Source: Eremomyces bilateralis CBS 781.70
Lineage: Eukaryota
Strand: one strand, 5' to 3'
Assembly (NCBI GenBank): GCA_010015585.1
Contig: ML975193.1
Length of the DNA: 52,329 nucleotides
The notes beneath the pieces were generated by a model that was given only the letters and a program-made list of their open reading frames with translations, had not been told where the DNA came from and did no database searches. Position numbers and translations under genes: made by a program. Below are positions 21,856 to 35,330 of the stretch, in pieces (position 1 is the stretch's first letter; the number at the start of each line of letters is the position of its first letter).

Positions 21856-23960
21856 GTTTGTCGATAGGTTGATGGGGGTAGCTGAGGGGTGATTTCGTGC
21901 TTGAAGGGATTTGGATTGAACAGGGGGCAATGCGAAAGGGATTCACGGGTGGATGGTTGAGGTAAGATATCAGATGGACATGGAAGGACGAGTTGACGTC
22001 GTGAGTTTGGGATGGGGAGAATCAGGTGTTGCTGCCTTACAGTGCATTACAGCGCCTTGCAGCCTAACACGGTGTTTCCTCGGGGTACGAAATTGAGTTA
22101 CGTTCCTTGGCATTCCTCCAACCATCAGCACCATCAGCGCCATTGCAGGCAGGCCCAATTCGCTCGAAAACAGCATAATATCAGAGTATACTCTTTTCAT
22201 AATTAGGCGTGTTCGAGTCAAGGTTGTGGGAGCTGTACTTGGGGGGAATGCCAAGAAACGTAATTAACCCAATTTCGTCCCCCCCTCCTGAGATTTCATT
22301 TCAGTGTCAACACGAAGACATGACAGAATATTCCCACCACAAGCAATGGAATCGGAGATCGTTCATACACTCACACGTCACAGTTGCTACTCGTATGTAT
22401 GATAAGAGGAATACAATACACCTGAAATCGTTTAAACCAGATGGATTCTGTACTCTCGCAAACTCCACTTACCTCAATACCTAAAGATCATGTCCCAACT
22501 GCTCACCATGGGCAGCGTCTTTGTTGTAGGGTCCTCTGTACTCCAGAGTCTAATCTGGTGGAGATGTCCAATCCAGGCAAATCGAAATATATATCAACTG
22601 GGAGGAAGATCAAGATACCACCGCTCGATGGAAAAGCCGGGTTCTGTCAAAGCTCATGGTCCGGGCTCTGGATAACTCTATACCACTCTACTGTCGTCTG
22701 TCGTCGCTCCGTGGGGGCTGAAAATGGTCCGCCTTGATCGCTAGCATTGCCCACTGTTGACTCTTTCACAGACGAAGGCGATCCCATTGCCTACGTTTTG
22801 TTGCGCATTGTCAACCCAAAAGACCGGTCGCGAAGCGTGGAATGAACGCAGAATGGAGTGTCGCTATGGAAGTGTAGGGTCGTTTGCCGCAAACTCGTGC
22901 GATAGGTCGGACGCGTTATCGCCGATATGGTCCGCGGAAGGGTCCAACGCCTTATATCCGGCGAAGGACGCAACATCTCTCATGAAACCTCTTCCTCACG
23001 GTTTTCAGCCGCTTTGAAACACCTGCAGATCTGAAGGTGAGAATAATGTTAATTCAAATGGTATGCAAAATCATAATCGAGTGGCAAAGAGGGTGAGATG
23101 AATATTAAGAAACCAAGAGTTCTCATCATGAGCGCAGCGAGTTACTTAATACGTAGTAGTAGTTAGTACATTGACTCCCGGACTTAACTTAAAACCGGCT
23201 CACAGGGCTGCACCAAGGCCGACCAAGACAGGCAAGAATAGCATGTCTCCCCACCGTTTTTCGCCACGGTGAGTCAAAACGACAACCTAAGGCTTTAAGC
23301 CTCACAGGGCGTGACATTGTGATTAGTTAGGCCCATCCGGCCATGGCATCGGCGTAACATGGGAGGGGTAGGATCCAATATAAAGAGAGCCAGAACATTC
23401 ACGGGGGGACGATCGTCCGGCGGCGGCAGGCGCAACTCTCGCTGCTTCGACGAGAATTCGCTCATTTGCCAAACGGCTTATAAATCCCACCCCCTGGCCT
23501 CCAACCAATCATTACCCTAGAAAACACCTCTAGGACTCGGCACGTGCGGCATTCGCGGCCTTTGCGGCCTTTGCGCCTGAACTGGCCCTCCCATCCATCC
23601 ATCCCACCACACCACCGCATCTCCATCTCCTCCAGTCCGTCCTCCTCACTCCTCCCTCATCGTCTCTCACCGAATCCCCCCAATCCGGAAGAAGAGTCTA
23701 CGAGTTTCCATAGCTTTTCCTCATAAGCCCTAGTTTATGCACGACGGTCATCCACCTTCCTCAATTCTCCCACGATCCTTCATTTCTGCTGGAAGGACAC
23801 CTTCCCAGCCCTGATCCACTCATTTTCTTCCCCCAAGTGCCAACCCAGCCCCCCTCTCGTCCATCGTCATCCGAATTTCAGTGATTTCACCCATCGCAAT
23901 TCAGTCAAGTTGTTCATCCTCGACGCTGTCGTCTATCGCGATCTTCACTTTTCGGACGAG

Positions 23961-24279
23961 GTATGTAATTATCTAGATCTTCTTAGCTTCTCAATTTCGC
24001 CGCTGGTGTCCAGTCTCCTACAGATTCCCCGCTTTTGAACAGATAACGATCATTGCACCAGCCATCCCGATCTCTAATTCTCAACAATCCCACCGCTCCG
24101 CCTGTATCAATTCTCTTAAGCTTTCCGTCCAACCTCGTCTTGAATTTGCTTCCTGTGTCATAATTTTGCTTTGCTCCAGCAAAGTCATAAAAAGGCGTGT
24201 CGCCATCGGGACCAATACCCCTCCCATATTCGCCACCTGGAATCGGCGTCATCGGTCGACACCACTAACCCTACAATAG
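23961..24279 (+). other. Probable 5'UTR intron of the Yap1-type gene
   Basis: GAG|GTATGT donor at 23961; CACTAAC branch and TAG acceptor ending at 24279, upstream of the ATG at 24394. Confidence 0.5.
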
Positions 24280-24393
24280 AACATAAAACACCAGCCCTAC
24301 CGTTAGTGGTGAAGTTCATCATCGAACCCAACGATCGATATCCACCGTCAACCGGTGAGCAACATCGTTAGACCTGACCAAGAAACATCCGTC

Positions 24394-26368
24394 ATGGCCC
24401 GTAACGCCAACGACCGTACCTCATTCCAACCTCCAATGTACCTCTCACCGAACCAGCAAGATGCATTTCTTGCCTCCCTCGCCTCAAACCAGAAGAGTGC
24501 GGGACTTGGCCTTCAGAACCAGAATCAGCGCCTGGACCCCATGCAATTCAATTTCGATGGAGGGTTCGATCAACCACTCTTTCCGACCGATGCCTTGGAC
24601 CAGACTACTTCATTTGGAGGAGATCAAGTAAACGACTTCGATGCCTTCGAGGATAGCCCGTATCTCGACGTTATCGATGGAACAGAGGGAAGCTACGATT
24701 TCGATATCCCCGAAGGGGGTCCGGCAATGTTCGGCGCCCTCCCGGGAGATGACTCTCCAACTACGGGACTGTCTAATTCGGAAAGTCCTCAACCGGAGGG
24801 CCACTACTCGGATAAGAGGAAGAATAGCGAGGACGCGGAAGAACCTGACGAAGCGAAGCGACGAGAAAGCGACGACAAGGTATCCAAGAAACCGGGAAGG
24901 AAGCCGCTGACTACAGAACCCACAACGGTATGTAGAGCGTTCAACCAGCTCGAATGCGTACTGATGATTGGAATAGAAGCGCAAAGCCCAGAATCGAGCC
25001 GCGCAACGAGCGTTCCGTGAACGGAAGGAAAAGCATCTTCGAGACCTGGAAACCAAGGTGAACGAGCTAGAGCAGGTGTCCGAATCCACCAACCACGAGA
25101 ACGGTTTGCTCCGTGCCCAAGTTACCCGCTTACAGACTGAGTTGCGAGAATACCGAAAGCGGCTCTCTCTCAATGCCAGCGGGCTGGGTGCATCGCCTCC
25201 GCTCCGTGGTGGACTAACCGCCTTGTCTACTAGCAATGGTGCGTCATCCGACAACACCTTCAGCTTCGACTTCCCCAGGTTCGGTGCCTTGCCGGCCGGT
25301 CCGCAGCTCTTCCTCAAAGACAATGAAAAAGCGAGATCGACGTCATCTTCCTTGAATGGACGTCGCGTTTCGGATCATGCATCGGGCGCGCCGTCGCGGT
25401 CCGGCAGTACTGGAAGTATGAGCCCCGAGAGCCAAACATCTCCGGCTCAAAATAGCACAAGCACCAAGGGGACGAGCCGAACCAGCGCCGATAGCGTTGC
25501 CGATCCATCCCGCGTCTTCCAATTCAACAGCTCGGGATCCAACTCGGCGTCCCCTTCTTCTTCTTCACTCTCTCAATTCGGCCCCAACTCCTCCTGCGGC
25601 ACCTCCCCGGAACCAAGCCACAACTCCCCGGAAAAGAACTTAGACAAGGTCAACGGCCAAGGGTACATCTGCCACGGCGGCTCCGAAGGTGAGGTCACCT
25701 TCTGCGAGCAACTCAACATGGCCTGCGGCAACCCACGCAACCCTGTTCCCCGATCGATGTCCCAATCTAACGCGTCCGCAAAACCCACAGACCTCTCACC
25801 CAACCCCACCTCCTCCGCCCGCACCACCCACGTCAACGTCAACGGCATCGACTGGCTCGCCGACCAGAACGGCGGCCAATTCGACCCCCTCCTCTTTGGC
25901 GAGTACCGCGAGAGCCAGGCCGCCGTCGTCGGCGACGGTGACTTCACCGGCGGCTTCTTCAACGATGCCTTCCCCATCGATCTCAGCAGTCCTTTCGGCA
26001 CCACCGGCATCACCCCCGGCCTCCAGTCCGCCACCAAACGCAACCCCATGGAGGAAATCGACGCCCTCAACAACGCCGACGACGACGACGAGGTCGTCCC
26101 CGGCGAGGACAGGAGCAAGATGCTCAGCTGCCACTCCATCTGGTGCGTCCCCTCCCATCTCCCCCCTCTCCTCATCATTCATACTAACCCACCTCCCAGG
26201 GACAAATTGCAAGACCGCCCCGACTTCAAGGAGGGCAGCTTCGACATCGACGGGCTGTGCACAGAGCTCCGCGCCAAGGCGCGCTGTTCGGAGAGCGGGG
26301 TCGTGGTCGATCAGAAGGATGTGGATGCGGCGTTGCAGCGGTTTCCAGCAAAGAGTCCGGAGCCGTGA
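24394..26368 (+). CDS. YAP1: AP-1-like oxidative-stress bZIP transcription factor (Yap1/Pap1/NapA); 3 exons
   Basis: KKPGRKP..KRKAQNRAAQRAFRERKE bZIP, SCGTSPEP, FCEQLNMACG, FDPLLFGEYRE and C-terminal DIDGLCTELRAKARCSE cysteine-rich domain. Confidence 0.95.
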
Positions 26369-26866
26369 TGTGTTGGCTAGCGGGATGATATTTTCGAAAA
26401 GTAATTTGGCGACGTCGTGATCATGAGATATCTTCACTTATCCAGGACAGGCTATAATGGAGGAGGCGCTAGGACCGGCGTTGAGGGACATCTGATTGAC
26501 ACCCACGGATTTTTATGTACACGTAAACGCACCGGGTGCAAGATAACACATATATGAGGGATCGAGAATTCATATGATTGGATGATAGGATTGGATGGAT
26601 TTGGAGTAGATGCTGGCGTTGATAGAATGGCAGATCTCCCCTCTGTTTTTTATTGGGCTCCCATCGTCCTGGGAACGCCATGGAGAATTCCAGACTACGA
26701 TCATCCACTCGCCTCGTCCTAGTCCTAGACGCCGCCATTAGACATTGAAAACCACGAAATCACACTGTTGCTGTTAGGAGGCCGCTCTCTCTGTGCGCAT
26801 GAACCATAGATCAACATATTACAGCCGCGTCGTAGATGCGTTGTAAATACTCAACCCGCCCAGTTC

Positions 26867-27294
26867 TCAAACCGCACCATTCCCTTCCCCCTCCCCGCTC
26901 CCCCGATCCAAATACCGCAAATACCCAAACACCACCACCTCCTTCGCATCCCAACCACCCCCCAACTGCCCTTCCGCCGCCACCGCCGCCGCCCGCGCCG
27001 CCTCCACACCCCCACCCTCACCACTAAACACCCGATGCTTCCGCCGACACAGCTCGCGCGTCGCGGTGTTCCAGTCGTTCCCGTCGGCGCGCACGGGGAT
27101 GGCGCCGCTGTCGAAGAGGGCGAGAAGGTCGGCGAGGAGGGCGGTCGCGTCAGTGGCGGTGGCGGAGACGGAGCAGAGTTCGTCGATGGTGAGTGCGGCG
27201 TGGGCGATGCAGTGGTGGTGGAGGGGGGAAGATGGGGTTGGTACGGACGGATCGGACGGGGTGAGGATTTCGACGATGCGGCGGGCGGAGGCGA

Positions 27295-27332
<38 letters not shown>

Positions 27333-29195
27333 GGGGCGCGGGGGCGAAGCGGAGGAGGAGGAGTTGGAGGTGGTGATAGAGGAGTTCGAGGTGGGGGATG
27401 GTGGGGAGGAGGTCGGCAGCGAGGTCGCGGAAGAGGGAGAGGGTGGCGTTGGTGAAGCCGGTGAGGATGAGGGTGGCGGGGCTGGAGGGGTCAAGGTGCG
27501 CGAGGAGGGGGTCGCGGGGGAGGAGGCTGCATGCTTTGACTGTTTTGACGAGGTCGCCGAGGATGAGCGCTGATCCTAATGTCGGGTTAATACAGTTCGC
27601 CGGTATAATCATGATGGGACGTACTTTTCAGGAAGTGGAGCTCTGGGCCCAAGATGGCTGCATCCTCGTGCATAGTAGACATCCCATAGTCCGGTAGAAG
27701 AGCCGACTGGCAGAGCGAGATCGCATGCCATTGATCGAGAACGTAGATGGTGTAAAAAATGCGTCGAGCCAGCCGTTCGTCCGTATCCTGCGACAAATCC
27801 CCATCGAGAATCGTAGCCCTCCCACGCGGCTCTTCAAGACGCAAGTGCTTCGACTGCCCAATCGCCCTCGCGAGCCACTCGCTGCGCGACGTCACGGTAT
27901 GTTTATCATGCAGCGTCTGGTTCTCCGACGCGAGGTGCATCAGCACCAGCGCCTGCACGTAGACCAAACTGTTGTGGAACGCGGCGTTGATCGGGTCCTC
28001 GTAGTGCCAGAACTGGAGGAGCTTGCTGACGGTTTGGAATTGCTCGCGGAACTCGGCGTCTTGCGGGAGTTTCGAGCCGGGGCACGAGCGGATGAAGCAT
28101 TCAAGGGCGAGGGTGAATGCGCGGCGGAGGGTTGGGCGGCAGAGGGTTAGGCGTTGGCGAAGTTGGACGATGGATTTCGGGAGGAAGGGAAGCTGCTGGT
28201 GCATGCGCTCATAGTAGCTGTAGGGTGTTAGCACTATAGCACGAGTCTCCATGATCAACTTACTCGGAAACAATGGTGTAGTTCCATTCCGGCAGTCCCA
28301 AATCCTGAGTAAGGTCCATATTGAACCAATCATCGTCATCATCTTGCTGCGGTTGGGCGTCCCGCGCCCCATCCTGGGGACCTGCCGATGGCAATCGGAA
28401 GCCATCTTGCTGAGCCAAAGCAAGGTCATGGATCCCTTGGGAAGCCGAGTACGTGCGCTTGCGAGGGTTCGTCGGGGTCGATTCCGTCCCGCTTTCTCCA
28501 TTGAAGTTTGCCAAGTTCTGGACGTACGAGAAGTCGGTATCGTGTGCGTTCGGTTGGCTGTTGAAAGGATTCAAGGATTGCTCAAGGCTTTGTACTCGGT
28601 CGGCGAGTTCTTTGATATATCTAATGATTTGTTAGATAGTGCTAACAACTCATGCTCCGGGAACTTACCCTTTGCTTGGTCCCCGTTTGAGTTGCTGTCT
28701 TGTAAACTGGCATCGAATCCCAGCTTTCTTGCAGTTCCTACACGCGTCCTGCTGATCCGGCGCAAGATCGCATTTGATCTAAATGATATCCATCAGCATC
28801 AACATCTCCTACCACATCATCACTCTTACCTTCTTCTGCCGACACCCATCACAGGCCCTCGACGCCTTCTGCCGCTTCCCCGGCCCCGACCCGATATCCG
28901 ATACATCCGCCAACGAGTAATGATGCTGATGCTGATACGGCGGCAGCGGCTCTGTAAGTACATCGCTCTGATTCGGCGGCTGCGTTGGCGTTTGCACGCG
29001 CGGGACGTGGTGCGCCTGGTCTTCCTGGTTCCGGGCGATCAGCGGCGCGGTCGCGCGCTGCAGTTCGGCGGAGAGTTCCATGTCGGCGCGGATCTCATTC
29101 GCGGCGGCAGAGGCGCCATTGTGGCTGTAGAACGGCGCGGCGCCGGTGGTGACTTGGGCGGCGTCGGGGGATGGGTAGGATTGAGGGTTGGACAT
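26867..29195 (-). CDS. Zn2Cys6 transcription factor, Rgt1-like; frameshifted at a poly-C run in this sequence
   Basis: SRACDGCRQKK/IKCD...CRNCKKAGIRCQF...KRGPSKG/YIKELADRV across introns, followed by a fungal TF middle region. The last exon changes frame at 27298-27331. Confidence 0.8.
27298..27331 (+). repeat. 34-nt G homopolymer (poly-C on the coding strand)
   Basis: Counted directly from the sequence. Confidence 0.95.
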
Positions 29196-30501
29196 GGTCG
29201 TGAATTCTGGGTTAACTGCGCTTATTCCAGAACGCGCATGTTACCGCGCAGCTGTCTGGAGATTGAGCTCTTGGGTTAACGAGGGAGAGAGTACGGAATA
29301 GATATTAGTAAGGAAACCGCAAGCGTTCCTCGTCGAAGAGGTGGAGGATTGTGGCGAGCGTGGTAGGTATGATGTGTATGATTGAGCTGATCGCACAGTA
29401 GAAGTAGACGTCAATACCGAAAACAGAAGAGAACAGTAGAACCGTGCGCATATGTTTCACTGTCCACTGGATTTACGTGTAAATAGAAGCGATGGTAGGG
29501 AATGCGCTAGCAACAGAAGACTCGATAAGGAAGAGCAAGAAGTGAAGAAGTTGCGCGACGGTGGGATTCGCTGAGGTCCCCTCACTCGTCTATAGATCAC
29601 CCACCTCATGACCGTGACCGAATTACGCGGCCCGCACATTTTCATTCCCAATGGCCGAATTTGCTTCAATCCGGGATTGGAGATCGTCTGGGACGACGGA
29701 GAGGAAGTCTTTCCAGTTTACGGGTCACAGGCCATTGATTTCTTGAGATGTCGTTGTTTTCGGAGGAGTCGCGCCGAAGGCTCCGAAGTCTGGAAGAAAG
29801 GTAAATGCGAGATGCGAAGAGAGTGAGACGCCCCTTCAGAAAATCTCTCTGGTTGTTGTAGTATGCATGTGGTTCATGAGATCTCGCTTTCATTCTATAT
29901 TAATCCATAAATGATTTGTCTAAAGTCCTCCGCGGATGTAGAATTTAGTGGTTCTATGACTCGATGTCTTTGAACTATGCCAATATGCAATATATCGCCG
30001 CGAAGTCGGCAAAAGATGTGGTAAACAGTCCTATACCTCGTTGTACAATCATGTCTAATAAAGTAACTATTAGGCGTCTCTAAGACATCTATATGTGATG
30101 ATTTAACCTCATCGATGAATGGAAACACGTCCGGAGAGGTACCTGCCTCGAATGACATGAGCGAATAGCAAAAATCCATCAAAAAATATATCAAAAGCAG
30201 TGTCCGGGATTAATGTAGCTGACCTCTGTGTTCTTCTACGGAACCTATGCTATGCTACAGAGAAAATTTTGATCCCTGAAAGACAAGATGGGCCAGTACG
30301 AGTCTCTTGATGATGTGTAATTCAAGAGCTCAAACTGAATGTTGGATTGGGGCTGCTCTGCTCCAATGTGTGACTATACAGCCACATCCGAGTGAGGAGC
30401 TTGCAGAACGTTATGAAATCAAACAGGTGTTGGGAATAGATGAACTCCCAGGCATTCCGCCCCAAATAGGAGGTGAGGATCGCGAGGAAATGTGCGCTGG
30501 A

Positions 30502-32603
30502 CTAGTCCCACTCATCTCCTCCAGACGCAGCAAGCACGCCTCCTCCAGACGCAGCAAGCACGCCGCCTCCAGACGCAGCACCAAAGTCATCTCCAGATAT
30601 GGCAGCTGCACCAGCTCCAAACGCAGCACCTGTACCACTGGTCATGTCGAAGCCATTACCCGTCACCTCTGGAGCAGGTTGAGGGCAACGCCGATCGGTA
30701 TGGCCGAACTCCTGGCAGCGACGGCACTGAACCTTGGACCAGTCGGTCGGCTTAGGGCATTGCCTCGAGTAGTGCCCAACTAACAGCAAGTCAGACATCA
30801 ATCACAAAGGTTTGTCCAGCGGCGTCACTTACGTTCGTCACAGTTGCGACACTTCACGCGCTCCATGTTGACGGACTCGGGGCATTCCTTCGCCATATGG
30901 TCCTCGGAGCTAGTGCGGTCAGCATCAATTCGATGAAGGAGAAGGACGATACTCACTCGCAGTTGCGGCAACCCTTGGGGCCGCCTCCGCTAGGGCAGTC
31001 CTTGGCGAAATGCCCCATCGTGTTGCAGCGGCGGCACTCGACGTTTGCGGCAGAGCGTTCTTCGGTGCAGTCGGCGGCACGGTGACCTTCCTTATTGCAA
31101 TTGCGGCAGACGTTTGGGTTGACGCGCGGCTTCTTGCAGTCTGGAGCCGACTGGTAAGAGTTTGCTTCAGAATGGTGGAAGCCGGAACAAACCTCGTGCA
31201 CGGTGACCCTCCTCCTCGCAGATATAGCAAAATACCTTGGCCTGCTGGTGTTCGGGCTCCTCCCGCTCCTTCTTGCAGTACTTCGCCGGGTGGCCGAGTT
31301 CTTCTGCGGGTTAGCCGTTGGCTCCTCGGGGAGAGAGCGATGCCATACCTCCGCAATTGTGGCACTTGGTCACGCCGCGATCGACCACAAATCCGGAGTT
31401 CGGGAGCCGCTCGAGGTTCTCCTCGGGGGTCTTTGGCCAGACCTTCTTCGACTTCGGTCGGACGCAGTCGGCGCTGCGCTGGAACGTGAGGAGGTATTTG
31501 AGGTTGGAGCGACCGTCGGGACCGACGATGATGTTGGTGTCGCGAGTATTGAGCGTCCACATTCCCTTAGTAATGAGGAATGGTGGAATAGTGGATAGAA
31601 CTCACGAGCGCGATCATGTAGATCTTTTTGTCCTTATTGCGAAGCTCCTTCTCGAACTCAACAAGGTCGAAGGGTTTACCCTCCTTCTTGAGAGCCACGG
31701 CGTACGACTTGAAGTACTAGATGCCAGTTAGTGCTAGGGGTCGTTAACGAAAGCGCCCACACTTGCCATCGAGAAGTCAGTGATGTCCGGGATATCCGCA
31801 GCCGTCATCATAAGCTCCCAAGCTTCAGAGCAGGTCTTCTCCGGTGCGTCATAGTCCAGGGGCCTATCCGCGGTGCAGTTGGTAGCCATATGCTCGCCCT
31901 TGCAGATGCGGCATTCTATCGGAGGCTTATCCGGGCAGTCCCTGGCCATATGGCCTTCCTGCTTGCAGCTAGATAACGATAATTCAGCGTAAACTTTCAA
32001 CTTTGGTTGGAGTTGGACAGGACTAACACATGGCATTCCATGGGAGGCTTGGTAGGACATTCCTTAGCAATATGACCTTCCTCCTTGCAGCTAGGTAGTA
32101 AGTTATGTCAGTATAACCGTTCAATCTATTAAGATTTAGAGTAGCGCTCACAAGTGGCAAGACATGGCAGGCTTGTCGGGACAGTCGCGAGCGAAGTGGC
32201 CGGGTGCATGGCAGCTAGAAGATGTCAGTGATCAACGATGCTCTCAATTGATAACCGCCCAGTCATCACTCACTAGCGACAGCCCTCATCACCACCTTGG
32301 TCTCCGCCAGCACCACCGGCGAATCCGAAATCTACACCACCGCCAGTCATCCCGAAACCGCTACCTATAGTGTGTGAGTGAGTGAGTTCAAGAGTGATGG
32401 TGATAGGAGTGAGTGGGCGTCATCGGATGAAACGAACCATCCAAACCGCCGGTGGTGGGCTTGAAGCCACCGGCATTGCCATTGCCATTCCAGTTTTCTG
32501 CAGCGTCGCTAAGTTAGTAAACGTGCTGAAGTGAGGTGATGAGTTATGATATGAAGGTGTGTCGCCACAACGACAGGGATAACTCACCGGTACCGAATTC
32601 CAT
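30502..32603 (-). CDS. Multi-CCHC zinc-knuckle nucleic-acid-binding protein (CnjB-like); many short exons
   Basis: About ten CX2CX4HX4C knuckles in two clusters flanking a WPKTPEENLERL domain; Gly-rich termini; micro-exon 1 MEFGT. Confidence 0.85.
30516..30582 (-). repeat. 24-nt coding tandem repeat (AASGGGVL, about 2.7 copies)
   Basis: CCTCCAGACGCAGCA(AGCACG) recurs three times at 24-nt spacing. Confidence 0.85.
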
Positions 32604-33074
32604 GCTGACTGAAGCGTGTCACGAAACTATTGTAGTAGAAAGCCGGAGGATGACGATGATATTTGGCTGCGCGGAACAATGCAAGTTTGCGAGGATCATT
32701 GGCAAACGAAGGGAAGAAGGATCGGATGGAGGGTGAGAGAGTGGAAGAAGTGGGAAGTTCATTTGTTGTTCTTTAAACTGAGGCGCGACTGGTATAGGAG
32801 AAGTGATAAACCACTAGGGAAAATAAGTGAATTCACTTCACATGCACAATCGTGGTGAGCTACATGAAAGAAACAAGGGCGTGAAGATGTGGAACGTCAT
32901 AGAACGTGAAGTCAACACAAACGCCTTACCCCTAATAAGGCTATAGCATAGAAGCAAACCACTGGATCTAGGCAGGGAAGGTGATATTGCCGCTGCTCTG
33001 CTAAGTGAGAGAAAGACAACATCGTAACTGCGGATACAACATGAAGCATAAGCACTCAGTCATTGTATAGAGGA

Positions 33075-33958
33075 TTATATGGCCTTTCCCCCCAAACACG
33101 CCAGAAACGGAAACTCTCCCGTCCCCGCACCCTCGTCTATTGGCTTCTTCAGCGTATGCGGCCGCTCCACCCGGACGTTCGAGAACCCCGCCGCCCGCAT
33201 CAGTTCCTCAATCTCCTCTTTCACAATCCCATGCCGCTCCACCCCTTCCATCTTCGACTCCGGATGGAACTTGCGGGCCGCGGGTCCGAAATTCTCGAAG
33301 TCTAGGAAGATCGCCACGCCGCCGGGGGCGAGCACGCCGAACATCGTTTTCAAAAACGGCTGGAGTTCGGGGATGTGGTGAAGGAGGAGGTTCGAGATCA
33401 GCAGATCGAACCGCTTAGGCGCGCCGCCGTTTGAGTCGTCCTGGAGGGCGGGATCGTCTGGGTCGGTGATCAACGCGCAGACCGGTCGGATATTGCTCGA
33501 CGCTTCCGGATTGGCGACGGACAGTTTCAGCTTCAGCGCTTCCACCATGCCGTGTGATAGGTCCACGGCGACCAGAGATTCCACATGGCGGGAAAAGGGG
33601 AGGGATAGCAGGCCGGTCCCGCACCCGAATTCGATGGCGGAGAGCTCTGACGATGGTCAGCGAGCTGGCGGTCAAGGGAAAGCACCAATGTAAAATCTAC
33701 AGGCTCAGAAATCAAGGAGCGGGAGGGCATAAAGGCATCGTGGAAGTAGCGTGGTTGAACGATAAGCAGAACCAAACGCCCACCCGCCGAACAGGAACAT
33801 CCGCAAGAAGTCAAGAAGCAACGTCGCTCACCTCGTCGATCGTCCTGTAACTGCGGACAATATTTTAAAATGGCCTCCAGCGCACGCTCGCTGGCCTCTT
33901 TGACCGTGGGATTCGTATCCCACTCCGCCGCCTCCTTATCAAACCGACTTTCGGCCAT
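33075..33958 (-). CDS. Class I SAM-dependent methyltransferase
   Basis: RFDKEAAEWD, motif I EFGCGTG, VAVDLSHGM, FDLLISNLLLHH and LAPGG. Intron at about 33647-33831. Confidence 0.88.
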
Positions 33959-35330
33959 CACAGCATATATTGTCCGATTGCGGGGATGCGGGAAGCGTGG
34001 GGACGAGGCCTGCGCGTCGATGTTCGTTACCGTGTCGTCGGCGCCGGTGAAGGTCGATGCCGATGAAGATCGATGGAGCCTGAGGTTGATGGAGAACTGG
34101 TGAGGAATGCAGGATTTTGTGATATTACCGGCAATTACCGACCTACCGGGTGGAATGTCGTTCGGTCGTTCACGAATCCGCCCATCACATCGTCATCGCG
34201 AAGCTAAGGACTAAGTTTACGCGGCTAAAAATCTTCCGGGTGGCGGTCCAAAGGTGAAACTAGACAGCACAGCCTGGTGCGACTCGAAGTCGAGAACTCT
34301 CAACTAAAGAATCAGGAATTCGGAGTCGAGATGCAGGGACATCGATGCACCACAGGTGTGGCTGGTACAACTGTCAAGAAATCTGGCAGCGCAACCATGA
34401 ACCATGATTTATTGTCCATCGACCAACCCCTCTGTGGACCATTCCGGAGAATTGATGCGTGAATCGGTCCGGCTCACTGGGCGGGAGTTAGCCAAGCTTC
34501 AAGTTCTAAGTTCCAAGGTATCCGATGCGCCGGCCAAGGGGCCAAGGGGGCCAAATAAGTTCCTTGGATAAAAAAGGCGGGGATACTTCGTAGGGCAGGA
34601 CTATGCGTAGATCAGTCGAGTTTGACTGAGCCTCCAGCTGACGACGTTTCTCTGACATGAGGGGTTGAAGACAAAGCTCCTGCATTCTAGGTCGACCATG
34701 TGGCTAATAGGATCGTACTGCAGCTACTATTATTGAGGGGCACGATAGTCACGACTCGCAAGGTAAGGCTCATTTACGCGGTACTCATGGTATACAAGAT
34801 CTTGCTCCGCCTCGACGCGATGATGATGATTTAGAGGAGAAGAAGGGCGGACAGGATGCTGAGCCATCATTAGCGGACGGCATTCAGGTTCAGGACGCCT
34901 CTTTATGCATCCCCCTGGTATCTCGTAGTGCAGTACAGGTGTGTGTCAACAGGTCCGAAACTCCAGCTGCCTCCTTGACTCGAAGTAGCCGCCTTCAGCC
35001 ACGTCTCCTTCCAGCCTCTGAGGCTTGGGTTGTTGTCCATGCTGACTGTTGACCGGCCTGATATTCCATAAACACTTGTTGACCACTCCCAACTCCCATC
35101 GAGACGCAGCTTGCTTCAACACCCTCTTTTTGATCCGTGGCCTGTTTATTCGTCGTCCTTCAAGAGTAGAGAGTGATCCATTACTGGATCAGGTATACGC
35201 GGCGCCTAAACGTGAAACAACCCGACGTAATCACTAGGACTCTACAGTCTACTCCTGTCGGAAGCCAAACCGGTTCGAGTTCGCATAGAGAGCACATGAG
35301 ATATCGTCACGTTCAACCTTGCTCAACGTC

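Noticed and set aside
22440..23040. Protein-like short ORF fragments between SPF30 and YAP1
   Set aside because: No recognisable family or consistent splice model; cannot support a gene or pseudogene call.
26836..27697. Many Pro/Gly-rich ORFs around the poly-G run
   Set aside because: Low-complexity alternative frames of the Zn2Cys6 last exon.
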